Positions 29,501 to 42,534 of a DNA stretch of 64,000 bases are shown piece after piece. Made by a program: the position numbers and the translations under genes. The stretch covers positions 45,858,788 through 45,922,787 of the forward strand of contig CM120640.1 in assembly GCA_051362555.1 (NCBI GenBank), written 5' to 3'. How positions within the stretch are numbered: the stretch's first letter is position 1; the number at the start of each line of letters is the position of its first letter. This stretch comes from Lingula anatina. Taxonomy: Eukaryota > Animalia > Brachiopoda. A model generated the notes under the pieces. The model did no database searches, was not told the DNA's origin, and saw only the letters and a program-made list of their open reading frames with translations.

Positions 29501-31783
29501 TCAATGGAATAATTCTAGAACTCTTGATGTAAATAAATAATTAATACAGAAAACAAACGGTATTATGCTTGTGAACATAGGAGCGTGGACTCGATTGCAT
29601 TGCATTACTTCTGAATTTGTATAATGTATTTCGAATTATGACTACACAGCTTTTTACTTGATTTCAGATTAGTTGGCATATGTTCTTCGTAAAAGATGTG
29701 TTTTACTTTTGCTGCCATTTGTCTTTTTTACATTCGACGCCTGCGTTTTATTAAAGGAACCCTAATACATTAAACATCTTTGTGACCCGTCATTGTATCC
29801 AACGCAATAACCCATGGGTGGAATGGTATATTATTTATCTTTACATCTTACAAATGTAACTCTAGAAAACATTATCGACAACTTGCCACGTTTCTAAATG
29901 ACTTAATGGCATATGACTTCCAGTGGACAGAGAGTTCACTGTTTCAGTATCAAGACTATAATCTTTTGACTGCAACACCTTTTTTATCTAAAAATTAAGC
30001 ATAAGTGAGATAGCAAAAACGCCAAAAGCCTGAAAATATAGCACAAAGACAAGAGGGAACTGGCACTTACCTTACTTTAAGCAGTTAATTATAGGTCTAA
30101 ATTCATATTAATTAAAGCGTTCAAAAAGAGAAAGGAGGATATACCGAAACTGAAATGAAAAAAAATGGGGAAAAATCTTGGATCTTTTTTTTTACTTTTA
30201 GCCTCAATTTCTAACTTAAGTTTTATGATTATTAAAGCGGACAGAAAAAAGTGAATAGATTACAACTTCAAATAGATACAATATAGAGCAAAAAAATTGT
30301 CACAGAAATGAGTCTAATGGCCTTTTAGTTTCAAATTATGCGGCATTATTACTGCTCTCTCCAATAACTAGTCCAGTCGTGATCGAAAACTAATTAGACA
30401 TCAATGATGGTATTGACCTTAAAAATCATAGTAAGTAAATTAACGCCCTTCGTTGGTTTGCGCTTGGAGGTCCACTGCCAAACGATTCTGCATAACTTCC
30501 TTGACCCTTGCTGCCAAAGAGAACCTTTGAAGTCAAAAATATAATTGAAAAGTCGTCAGTAAAAATAACAAGCTAATGTGTTCACTTATCAGGAGTCATC
30601 TTCCCGATGTTTTCGATGGATTTTTATTGTTGTTTGTTATGTTAAAAATCAGTTGCAGGTGTGCAAAGATTTTTAAAGATAATTCGTTTGATTTCCACCT
30701 TGAATTCATTTGTATACATACGTTCTCTTAAAGATTAAAAGAGTACAATCCATGGCCCCTTTTAAACGACGACCTATGACAATTCAATGCATACAATAAC
30801 GCTTGAATATACCGACCCAATCAAGCTTCATCTTTCAGGTCCTATTAGACATCAATGTTGCGCAAACACTGCTGTTTGAGGGTTTCACACACATTACATT
30901 AAGACATCTGTCTACAAAACATTTGAGCCCCAAAGTGAACGCTCCAGTGCTCGCTTTTGATAATTTGCTCTTTTTTCTAACTTTTTGGCCAATCACTTCC
31001 ATTACCATTACTTTAGACCGCAAATGGCGCTCAAGTAAATTTCGCGTCGTGACATCTATTACGGAGGCACATTTTTCTAACCCCTGGATCGACTCCCCTT
31101 TGCCGGGGGCGTGGCCTCATGCAGCCCTAACCACAGCACTACCCCCTAGAATCGAATACCTCCGCTAAACGTAGGCGCAACAAAATAATCCCAATATATA
31201 TATCAATTAGCCGTGTGTTGTGACACCTACATAGCACTGCCATGTTTGAAGGCAAATTAAAAGGTTTCGGTTCACTTGATGACGTGCTTCTCAGGTGATG
31301 TAAATAAGTCAGGTGATAAGGTGCATAAGATTTGCAATATTAAGTCGGTCGAAGAGCGCGTTTTCCCTATACTGTATAAAACAAGACAGCATATTAGTTG
31401 TTCTGGCAGAGTCGTGAAAGGATAAATGCATATATTGAACATCCACAACATTTGAACTGAATTAGGTTGAAATGCTTGTCTTAAAACACAAATGTTTTCA
31501 TGAAAATTTAGGTTCAATCAAACATGAAACAATCTCTGTCTGTAGCATTTTGGAAAATCTTTCCATGTATTTGTGAATACAAGGCACGTAACGCTACTCC
31601 GCACAATTAAATACACGTATGATACTAATAATTCAAATCATAAATAAAAGTGAAAATGTTGCTGAACATTAATTAAAACGGACTACGCATTTCTTATCCC
31701 CAGGCAACTGCTTCAGAACCTATACCGAAACCTTAGAATTCATTGTAATGTTGCTTAGACTACTGGCTTATGTAAACAGTTTT

Positions 31784-31792
31784 ACACACACG

Positions 31793-31832
<40 letters not shown>
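31784..31832. repeat. (CA)n microsatellite
   Basis: CA run with a CGCACGCGCG interruption. Confidence 0.9.
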
Positions 31833-31833
<1 letters not shown>

Positions 31834-34800
31834 GGTAAGCTTTGAACTACAAGTTAATCTGCCGTCTTCATTATGTGATCTAGTTCGCATATTACGCCCA
31901 GAGTATGAAATCTGAAACTTTCTGGTAAATATCAAGCCTCTTCTTTTAACGTCAAAACATTATAAGCCGTTGTCATAAGGCAACTGTATTGAAAATTTAT
32001 TTAACCATATAGCAGGAGCCTCGCGTTTGCGAAAAAAAAAAAAAAAAAAAAAGAGAGAGAGAGAGAGATCATCTCCATTCCGAATGTATTCTACAAATGA
32101 TTTCATCATTACTGAAACGAAGAAATCTACATTGTGCTAGTTTTATTTTCGAGGTCTGAACTCTATGCATTGTTTAACTAGAACTCATTACCGGACAACC
32201 TCTATGAAAAATAATCTTAAATAATGAAAATCCGGAATGTTTTTACAGGAAAGTGTGTAAATAGAACTGGATATGTTTGAATGCATAACTGATGAAAAAA
32301 GGCGATGCAAAAAGTATTTTGATTAACAAATGGTCTTGGGGCACAAATAAGAAACCTTCAATTGACATAGCTTTGAGTCAATAGCATGCGCCGTATATGC
32401 AAATTTGATCAAGACTTTTCTCGTTTTTTTAATCAAACTGATTTAGTGGACCGAAGCAATTCTGCCTGTTTCTGACCCGACCTTGTGCCTAGAACATATT
32501 ACAAAAAGACAAATGTTTGTACACCTGTCCCCACAAAACAAAACTGTTTTAAAAAATTATAAAAAAAAAAATCTCACTGAATCTAAAAAATTTGTTGCGA
32601 ATAGGCCTATAGGTGAGTCACTGAGACAATCCATTTCAGTGTAAGTGAATAGCATTTTAGAGCAAGAATAATCCAATATTGCTGTGAAAATATTATTTCT
32701 TAATTGTTTGTGGTGCTCTTTTTCTTTTGCCTCAGATACTTTATATTATAATTATCAATAGTTTATCATAGATATTTGAATTGTCCCTCTCAGTTTATTT
32801 CTGTGCATCTTTTTGAGATGTCATACTTGCGCTTACATCCATTTTATTGGCACATAGATGATACGAAATATAAACATTAAGCTGATTTTAATTTATTTGA
32901 TTATTTTTAGACTAAATAAAATTGTTCATTTCTTAAATCAAAGTATATTTTATTGTGCTTGTGCTTTGAAAACATAACAAACAAAAATCTCATTTTATTT
33001 ACTCTAGATTCCAGTGTGTAATTTCCATGCAAATCCGATCGATTTCACTTCATTACTTCATTGTAACTGTTTGGCCATCTTATGTATCTTAACGAATTAA
33101 TTAGAAAAATATTACGATTTTCTCTCTCTTCCTGCATGATGATTTCCCGCTAAAACAGATTCAATATTACGTTCTCAAATGCCGTATTTCTAAACAGACC
33201 TTTGTCTACGGAACTTCATAACACAAACAAACCGCAGTCTCAACTCTTATTTGTTTTCGCTGGCTGCTGCTTCAGGGAAAAAGACAGCAATAAAAAAAAA
33301 CTGACTGCAAGAAAAAAAAAAAAGAAATGAGAGAGAGAAGAAGAACGTCATTTCTGCAACTGCGCAAGAATATTGTGCAAATGGCGATAGCCTTATGAAC
33401 TGTTGACTTTGAAGATAGCCCTCGCTGTTGGTATCCCCGTCGGCTTCAAAAGACTGGGGAATGTCAGAAGCGCACTGACGTCAAGACAATGTTTTTCACT
33501 AGTTTTCTTAATTTTTTGCCGGCCACTTTTAGGAATGAAATAACTCCTTGAGTCACGCAACGGACGCAGAAAAAACTGAAGGGCGTGAACCAGCTGATTA
33601 CGTATGGTGTGTGTAAGGGGCTTGGGGTTAACTTGCAAATATTCGTGTGAATGCGCAACTTCCAGATGCTACTGAAACCCTGGCGTGTAAAATGCGAAAC
33701 TGGAAGCTGGAAAGGTGCTGAATTTAGTGAGCGTGAACACAATCTAGTCGCAACAAACGCAATAAACACATTCCCTAAAGTATTTAAAGCACAATGATCG
33801 CATTTGATAAATAATCTTTTGCGTTAAAGAGGGGAGAGGGTTCGTTTCGTTTGCATATCCCATAATCAACAACATTATTATTTTGCAAACCTCTCTTCAA
33901 AAACATGCACTGGGTCATTTTCTTGTAAATTTAAATCAGCAAACCCGGTTAATCAAAAGTCTTTGTAATCTATAACAACTATTACGTAAAATTTTGGTGC
34001 AAAAAGTTATTTAATGTGAAATGTCCACCTGGCATCTGTGTGATATAGCGAGCAATAAGATGGTGTAATAGTTTTATAAAAACCAGGGAGTATCAGAAAA
34101 ACTATGCACGCTATTTTCTCTTTCAGTTTGATTTTTAAATTTTTAACCTTTGTTGGTTATGAAATGTAAAGGCCTATTCCAAATTTGATGCAGTACTTTC
34201 AAACAAATGTTAACTTGCTTTTTCATACATAAATATATACTGTAATAGATTCAAGTGAACAAAATGTTTGAGGTAAAAACAAGCATTACATTATCTATAC
34301 ATTTATCACTAAAAAATTGAATTTTAGAAGGGTACGTTGCAAGATTGTAAGACTTTCATTCTGTGCAATATTTAGAAGTCGAGTATCATCTATTCAAGCA
34401 ACTGTTTTATTGTTGTATTATATTTCTTATACATTCAATTTATAATCTGACCATATTTGTAAGTTTAAAAGAATTAACAATTCTTTCAGATACTGACAAA
34501 ACATTCAAGCACTCTTTACAGAGTGATAGTACAAAAATTCAGCTTCACATCTGTTGTATTTTAATAAAACATTAATAAGTTAATATAATCATTTATATTG
34601 GGTTTAACAAAGAATATTACTATTGGGTTTAACAAAGAATATGATCAACACGATTTTGTTAAACAACACCATACTAAAACCCTTATGTGACTGCCAACTT
34701 AGAATATGTCAAAGCATAAAATTTAGATGGTTACTAATCCAAGAAAAATTTTGGACCCTTTTGCTCAAACAAATATCAAGAAAATTGCAATCCTGCCATG

Positions 34801-36693
34801 CAGTTTGCAACATGGCAATATTTGGGTCAGGTTTTTATCTATTTTTGCCAAACGTTGCCCCTTTTACTAAAATAAGAAGCCATGATCATGATCACAATTA
34901 GTCCCACCAACCACAAGGGTGACATTTTGTCTGGCAGGCACATCTAATGCAACTTACACTTTTCACTACTAGAGGCAAGTTAACCATTTTATTTTCAATC
35001 AACTTTATTTGAGATTTTAGTGCACTTCTTCTGTATCATGCTTTTTAGAAATAACTACATCATGATGTTATTTGCAAACACAGCATCTTACCAGTTCAGT
35101 GTGCATTTGAATTGTTTTGCAAGTATTATCATAAATCTTTCTTATCTATTTCAGTCTACACTTGATAGGTCTAAACTAAAACCAATCTACTGCATAATAA
35201 ATACCTTTGCTGTCTAAAAGAATAAACAGTTTTAATGCAAAACATGAGTAACCTTTGGTTGTTATTCTTTGCTGTTTAAATGGTAAAATGTCCAATTATT
35301 TTCATGAAATATTATATATTAAATATTCTGCATGCAATACATTAGGATCCAGTATGTTTTCAAAAAAAAGGTACATATTATAAGTGTAATAAAGTAACAA
35401 CTCACATTAAAATAAGAATTTTTGCCAAAAACCACACAGAATACACTTTGGCCAAAGAAAATATTGCCCTGGTACATGTAAAAGAAAAATGAGAATATTT
35501 GATGTTTACCTTATTTCAAACACTCGGTCGAAAATGAGTTTTTCTCTTAAAAAAGTTGCTAAACTGACCATGGAAAAATATGCACTTCTGAAATATTTTA
35601 TATGTATGAGAATTTTTAATATAATCTGGCCTCATATTAACATAATTTATGTACATATATATTACAGTCTTCACTTTGTACAAACCTGAAAACAAAATAT
35701 AAAATAAAATCCAATTCTTACATCATTATTTTAACTGTAATGATGTTATCTTCTAATTAGGAGAGTGAAACTAACATGAAAACTATATCATTCGTAGCAC
35801 TGATTATATAAACTTTGTTGGTTTATTTTGTCAATGATTTTTGATTGCGTGCTACAGGGTTTTTACAAAACCTATCAATTTAAAACTTTCATATGCCAAA
35901 AGCAAAATAATTACATAGTACGAGGTGAAATAACTGTGAATTACGACATAATATTGAGTTTGAATATTACTTTCAGAGAATGTTTAAATAAATACCAAAT
36001 ATTCATATTAAATAACACCTCAACAAAAATGCTGTTTCATATTGTTTGTTGGTTCTGACCTAGTTATACCAAATGGAATGCAAAGAAATAGTTACAATGC
36101 TTGGGATTCGGTAACACAAATACTCATACTTATGAGGTGTAAAATTAAGAATGCAAAACACCAAACTAAATCATAGTCACTAAAAATATAAATTTAATGA
36201 CAAAATTCATTTATTAAATATATCGAGCCCAGTGTAAGTAGTAAATCTAGCCAAAATGCAAACTGTGAATGATTTACAGTAATAATGTAAAAAGTACTTG
36301 TAGCCTTCTAACCATATGTTAACCAAGCAAGAAAAAAAAAAAAATACAACTTTAAATAAAATGCCCGTGTTCATTCAAGAGAAAAAAAAGGAAGCATATT
36401 ATAAAACACTCCTTTGTTCATCTCTTAATACATATAAACTGAAAAGTTGGGTAAACAGATCTAAAACTCTTACATGAACAAATTAATCACATATTAATGC
36501 ACATAATTGCAATTTTAGATTAGGTCTTTAAGCCTTGATATGTAACCATCATGTGTTCACATTCTCCATCTTTCTTCCTCTTTGGCACTTGAATAATGAC
36601 CCAGATTTTGAAAAAGAAAAAAACACAGATAAATATTTATTTTTAATAATATCACAACTTTTAAGTTAAAATAAAAAAGATCTAAAAAAAGCT

Positions 36694-36957
36694 CTAGACT
36701 GTAGAATTCTTTTGCAGTATTGCTTGCATGCTGTGGAATTCATCCAAACTGACATCATGTTGTGGATTCACATCTTCATGGAGCTGATCATTGTGACTAG
36801 GACTGTCTCTTGCTGGACATTCTGAATGTTGTTGTTTATGCTGAATAACTTCCGGTAATGCTTTGCCTGTTGTCTCTGGTAGAAACAAACAGCTTATGGC
36901 ACTAGTGATTCCTAGGACTCCAAACACAACATACGGAAGAGATTCTGTATACTGATG
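36694..36957 (-). CDS. SLC22-like last exon (HQYTESLPYVVFG...LPETTGKALPE...STV*)
   Basis: ttcag acceptor; LPET motif; TAG stop at 36696-36694. Confidence 0.9.
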   Translation of the reverse strand, partial: HQYTESLPYVVFGVLGITSAISCLFLPETTGKALPEVIQHKQQHSECPARDSPSHNDQLHEDVNPQHDVSLDEFHSMQAILQKNSTV

Positions 36958-39900
36958 CTGAAATATACAAGGACAAAATAATGCACAACTGACTGTACAA
37001 TAAACACACTGGTATTACAGTAGCCAAGTAAATATACTACATATGTTTTGGATGGTAAAACTAATTTTAAGTGCTCACAGATTAATGGAACTATTTACAA
37101 GAAGTGACAAATATTCTGAATTGATCTGGCATGAATATAATGGTGTATTGTCAAAGTTCTCTCTGTTTGTGAATTGCACAAACATTCAATATGAACAGGA
37201 CAGCTGTTCACTTGCACCTAAAATCTCGACTTTTCCACAAAAGAAACTGACAGATCTATCAAAAGTGCACACAGATTTCTTATACTTATCCTAAATATTT
37301 ATGAAGTGAAAATAATGCATACCAGATAAACAAACTGCGGAGCTAATATTAGGCCTATTCTGGCTGACATGGAGCAGGCACCATAGCCTAAATTCCTACA
37401 ATAAATCATGAAGAGAAACATGGCTTTACAGTCACAACATCATAGACCCTCACAAATGAAAAATTATAGGAAACCAACCATAAATGAGTCTAAATCTACA
37501 GGCCCATAACTACTATGAGCAAGTTTTGGTATAAGTCATCTTAAAACAAGTTGTAAATTTTGAAAACCATTCTGGCTGTTATGAAACATTAGGACCATTC
37601 AAAATGAGAAGAGCCGAGTGCTAGCTAGACCATGACCTAAATATGGTAGACCTACATGAAAGGAAGACTGCTTAATCCTGTAATGGTCTCTTCGCCTCTC
37701 ACACGCCTCCCCACGTGTCGTCCCTCGACTGGTTGAATTGAGCCGAGATTTAATTACTGTGCCCCTGCAGGGACGACGCGTGGAGAGGTGTGTGAGAGGC
37801 AGAGAGACCATTACAGGATTAAGTGGTCTTTCTTTCATGTAGGCCCGCCATATTTAGGTTGTGGCCTAGCTAGCACTCGGCTCTTCTCATTCTGAATGGT
37901 CCCATTGCCATTTATTCTTAAATTTTAAAACTCTTCACAAATTCATTGGACTTCACAGTGTAAATGTGGCTTAAAGGTACACTCTATCAGATTTACCTGC
38001 TAAAATGGATTTTCCTGGGAAAATAATTAATTTTCTCGAATTCATGAATTATTCTATGATTTATCTATCCCTTTCTGCACTTGGATTCGACCTTAGATAA
38101 AACTTATAAAGGTTGATTTTAGCTTAAAATGACTGGCCAGTCATTACAACAGTGACCATTTCCCTATAAGCTCTAATGGAAATCAATATAAAATATACTC
38201 CAGAAAACATATTTAAGGGGTTAAATCATTTTTAGGTGTATGTAAGGTTTTATAAGTTGTAGGTGGCAAAAATTTTGGGGATTTTCAAACCCATGGATTG
38301 TACCTTTAACATTTTCATACATTATTTCAAAGTGGCTTATAACAAAGCACTGTCATTTATTCTTAAAAGGATAACAACTGTTCATTTTGGCAAAAAAAAA
38401 AAAAAAAAAAAAAATTCCTGGGGTAAACGACAATTTTCCCATAATTACCAATGGTTAATGAATCCATTTCAACATTCAAAGTTAGTCCCTGTTTCTTTTT
38501 CTAAAAAGAGATTATTAAACAGTATAGCCATCTATGGAGGTCATGTGGTCTGAAGACACACACAGATTTTAGAATAATTGCTATTACTGCCGTTTTTTTT
38601 TTTTTTTTTTGTGGTAAAAAAGAATACATTATATTTCTATGAGTTGTTTGCAATGTATTTATTGTGAAATATAGATCTCATATGAAGAGTTGTTATCCCT
38701 TTAAGATGTATAATCCCTCACGAACTAAAAAAAAATGTTTTCAACAAACAAGCTATCCTTCTTACCTGACCACAGTTGGGAACATCTCAGCAGAGAAGAC
38801 TTGTGCAGCAGCCCAGCCTCCACTGATTCCAGACTTCCCCAACATTGCTAGTACTTGAGTCAGCACAACTTGCTCCTTCAGTTCACCTTTAATTGAGGGA
38901 ATCCCAATGGCATTATAGTTATAGGGGAATTCCAAATAAGACAATTCTGAAAATTGCATCCTTACCCCTCTGTTATATCTTTCTCCCCTCTGTAAAAGCT
39001 TCTTAACCTTTTAGTTTCATATTAAATGAAAAAAAAAGGAAAGTACCTGCTTCTGCTATCACATATCAGAGGCTACAATTACTAGCATGAGTAAGAACAA
39101 TATCAAAACAATGAAATTTTGATCTACTTATTTTAGAATAAAAAAAAACTTGTTTGTCAAATGGGCAAAGTGAAAAAATAGATAATTTCACTTACTTGAA
39201 AATGATATAATAAATATTGAGAAACTGGACAAACCAGCCAACATGAGAAGAGCAAACAGTGTCTTTTTTCTACCAACTCTAAAATCAGAAAAATATGGCA
39301 ATATTAAAAAAGTATTCTCGAAAGCAAGACCATGTATAAGTGCACTCTAAATTTCAACAAACCACATTAATTCACAGCGATCATCGAATTGTCCATTTGA
39401 ACACTACATAACAGAATTTAAATGCATAATATCATGTCACATATGGCATTTTTTCGATTTAAAATGTACTTTCCAATGAACCCAACAGTTTTACACAGTT
39501 TCTGTTTTATATCATGTTTCTTTCTTTTCACACTCACTTATTGTTGATTGCCACCACTAATATGAGGGCTGGAATCTCAACCAGTCCAGATAGGAAATTA
39601 TTTATGTAACGGTCTCCTGACAGATTTTTTACATTAAAAGAGATTCCGTAATACACCGACCCACACACAAACCTGAAAAATAAATAAAATTATGGATTGG
39701 GGAAAAAAGGGTATATTATATTCTATGTATCAAGACTTAATTTTCTTACATATATTTTGATAAAATTTTTAAGTTAAAAAAAAAAAAACTGTGGCAAAAG
39801 TGACCTTTTCACTTTACTACTCACCAAATGTACAATGATGTACAAGTGTTCTTGGCCATTTGAACAGTCTTAAATAGATGCCAATAACTGTACTTTTTAT

Positions 39901-42534
39901 TTTCTTTCAATCTATTTTGTTCTTCCTGTAAAAATGGATAAAGAATCATAGAAATTACCCAAGCCCCATGTTCAACTTAATTTCTAATTAACTATAATTA
40001 TTTATCCTTATATATAAGTCCTTATTCATTTAGTTCAATAACAAATTTGATAATCTTAAAAAAGGAAGACTTTCACATTTCTTTCCTTTTTTTTTTTTAC
40101 TTATGTAAATGTCTATGGCTTATCCTTTAAACATAAGAAGATGTAAAGATAACAAACCTCAACTGCAGCTTGTAACATAGTAATGTCTGGTGCTGTCTTT
40201 TTGTTAAACTTTGCCACTCTTTTCAAAATAGTATATGCCTCTTCGAATCTTCCTTTTTGCACCAGCCAGCGTGCACTTTCTGGTACAACCCTAAAGGAGA
40301 TACCGTTCAATAAAATCAACTTCTTAACATACAAATACAAGCAATATAAGTGTGAAATTATCCAGAAATTATGATAATGAATCTCAAAACCTGCCTCACA
40401 TTCAACAACTTGTTTGATGGAAATTTGAACTAAGGAGGGCACAAATAAGCAGCTGCTAAGTATTGATTCAAGAATACAAATCACTTATGCCCCAGTACCA
40501 AATAGTATTTGGCTTTCAACTTTCAGCTCTTTGTTCTATGACCTTGCAAAGTACAGAATGAATGGTGATGAAATACACGTGGTAAAAACATTTAGTTAGT
40601 TTTCCTACCACCAAGACAGAAGGATGCCCACACTGGAAACTGATGTAGCAATACATAAGGTCCTCCAATCACGTATCAGGTAGGCCCACAGAGATAATGT
40701 CATGACGCCCACAGCCCAGAACCCTATACAGCCGCAGAATGTCCTCCACTGTGGTCCAACAAACTCAATAGGTAGAACAAAGTTTACTATCATTACTCCT
40801 GAAATAAACATTGAATGACTTTCAAATATTTTAAATGGCAGGTGTTCAGGAATAATTCAATAGTTCTAAGAGATAAAAGCATGCTTTTTACTTTCAAGCA
40901 TGAATATCAGTTCGGGCAAAAAATATTCTGAGTAAATTTTGAGCTTGCAAAAATGTAAAAAGGAGGCATTTAAAGATATGATGAAAATTTTAAAGTGTAC
41001 AAAATGTTAAAGTGAAGAACTCATTGAAGAGTAATATTCAAGATATGAATATCTATGCATGACCTTCTGCAAACTGACCCTGAGCCATGTCTAGTATATT
41101 CATTTAACTTGTTAAGTATCCATAGAAGAGGGCAACAACAGAAGAGTAGCTGTAACAGATACTGAAAGGAGTGGAACTTCAGAAGGGTCTTTAAAACAGA
41201 TAATCAAAGTTTAAACATGATGTAAGTTTTACAGAACGGCAATGTACACAGAAAGCCCATAATAAAATTTGGCTTTGAAAGGAAGCCTTGACTTTTATAA
41301 ATGAAAATTATCAAACACAAGCCGAGAAACTTTCAAACCGTTAGCTTACGTCCAACCTGGACGTAGGCCTTCATAAGACTGATGTGAGCAGATGTTTTGT
41401 GTTTGATAAATTTCATTTATGATAGAACTACCAAGAAAATGAACATTTTTTGCTCAAGCTTTGACTTTGTTTAGCTACATATTAAAGTATACTAGTAATA
41501 AACAGTGAAATATTAAAAACAGACTCCAGGACAAAATTTTTAGTGTGTAATCGAGATCCCAGTTATTCACAAATACTATGGCGAGCCAGGCAAAGGGAAC
41601 TTTATAAGTTATTTCCACCACTAGTTGCTATTTGGCGGGTCACCCTTACCATACACCTACCAGCAAATAAAGCACCAATGATAAACCTCAATACAGCATA
41701 CAGGTGCCAGGATGTGACAAAGGAGCTGGAAAACCATACAGCCAACATGAGGGTGTACTCCACATACAGAACACGCTTCCGCCCAAATGTGTCTGCCAAC
41801 TGCCCTGTGATGCATGCCCCCACCAGAACACCTATCATCTGAATAGTGGTGATGAGTTCGCTGACGAAGGCCTGGTCACAAATCAAATTCCACTGAAATA
41901 TGAATATTGATGCACAATACTGAATCACAACTTCATAAGAGAATTTATTACATATGTTGCATGTGCGCCACTACTTGTCAATTTTAATTCGTACCATGCT
42001 TGTAATTTTTAAAGAAAATAAATATCTTGCAAGGTTAATCTAAAAGATTTTGCACATATCCTTGTTTATAACCTCTGCCTAGGCAGTTGTGTTTTTGGTT
42101 CCATTTGTCTGTTTTCAATTGTTTTTCATAGCTTCTGCATCAATTAAAAAATTGATGACATCACATTCTTCAAAACAGTCTTAACCAAACAATTTTACTG
42201 ACACTACCATATCTCCTCTACATAGCAAACTCACCTCAGACATAAGAGATGTAAATTCCTGGTTGTACTGTATCCCTTCACAAACTTTATTATCAGGCGT
42301 ACACGTGTTCATGCTCCAATTTTGAACTGTACCATTCACATTGTACCAATCAGTACGGTTATTGTTTTGGTCAGCTTCCACTGGGCATGCCCACTGTAAT
42401 TTGGCCCCTGTGAACACTGGCAAAAACATCACCCATGCTGCTGGGGTCTCAAAACAGCTGACCAGTATGAAAATAATAACCTGGTATGGTCCAAATGACC
42501 CAAGGTCACTCAGAATATCTTCAAATATAGACAT
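36694..42534 (-). CDS. SLC22 / organic cation transporter-like MFS protein, complete, 10 coding exons, 543 aa
   Basis: Coding exons read with GT-AG boundaries and consistent phases: 42534-42235, 41892-41661, 40798-40609, 40290-40158, 39925-39825, 39672-39538, 39278-39196, 38886-38766, 37395-37323, 36957-36694 (1632 nt incl. TAG). SLC22 hallmarks: N-terminal FEDILSDLGSFGPYQ, Cys-containing extracellular loop, SEWNLICD, MFS motif A (GQLADTFGRKRV), EFVGPQWR, VPESARWL, SAEMFPTVVRN, LPETTG. The exact orthologue cannot be assigned by eye. Confidence 0.95.
37323..37395 (-). CDS. SLC22-like exon 9 (NLGYGACSMSARIGLILAPQFVYL)
   Basis: tgtag acceptor, CTG|GTATGC donor; RIGxxxAP motif. Confidence 0.9.
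37592..37902. mobile_element. Fold-back MITE / long inverted repeat in SLC22 intron 8
   Basis: 134-bp arms 37592-37725 and 37769-37902, 15 mismatches, no indels, 43-nt spacer; CATT direct repeat on both flanks (37587-37590, 37903-37906). Confidence 0.85.
37971..38309. mobile_element. Kolobok-like MITE with TTAA target duplication
   Basis: TTAA-AGGTACA at 37971-37981 and TGTACCT-TTAA at 38299-38309; TTAA TSD with RR...YY termini fits Kolobok-type DNA transposons; no ORF. Confidence 0.6.
38766..38886 (-). CDS. SLC22-like exon 8 (ELKEQ...AMLGK...SAEMFPTVVR)
   Basis: Weak AAG acceptor but in phase; AG|GTAAG donor; ExFPTxxR motif. Confidence 0.85.
39196..39278 (-). CDS. SLC22-like exon 7 (VGRKKTLFALLMLAG...)
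   Basis: tttag acceptor, A|GTAAGT donor; second GRK motif. Confidence 0.88.
39538..39672 (-). CDS. SLC22-like exon 6 (FVCGSVYYGISFNVKNLSGDRYINNFLSGLVEIPA...)
   Basis: tttcag acceptor, AA|GTGAGT donor; YYG and GLVEIP motifs typical of SLC22. Confidence 0.9.
39825..39925 (-). CDS. SLC22-like exon 5 (EEQNRLKENKKYSYWHLFKT...LYIW)
   Basis: tttacag acceptor, TG|GTGAGT donor; not in the ORF track, read manually. Confidence 0.88.
40158..40290 (-). CDS. SLC22-like exon 4 (VVPESARWL...AAVE)
   Basis: tttag acceptor, GAG|GTTTGT donor; PESxRWL motif. Confidence 0.9.
40609..40798 (-). CDS. SLC22-like exon 3 (GVMIVNF...LLSW)
   Basis: tttcag acceptor, TG|GTAGGA donor; EFVGPQWR and RDWRTL motifs. Confidence 0.9.
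41661..41892 (-). CDS. SLC22-like exon 2 (WNLICDQ...IGALFA)
   Basis: ttcag acceptor, G|GTAGGT donor, phase 1 matches next exon; contains motif A GQLADTFGRKR. Confidence 0.9.
42235..42534 (-). CDS. SLC22-like coding exon 1 (MSIFEDILSDLGSFG...TSLMSE)
   Basis: ATG at 42534; acceptor ttttttag upstream (exon starts 42576, so there is an upstream 5'UTR exon); donor GAG|GTGAGT; 300 nt. Confidence 0.9.

Noticed and set aside
29455-29510. miRNA-like matches (miR-87-like on minus here; let-7-like 10427; miR-124-like 7901; bantam-like 43061)
   Set aside because: Only seed-length similarity; the 3' halves diverge from the conserved mature sequences and there is no convincing precursor hairpin.
41645-41660. 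Alternative SLC22 donor ATG|GTAAGG downstream of exon 2
   Set aside because: Out of phase with the next exon; the G|GTAGGT donor at 41661 restores the frame.
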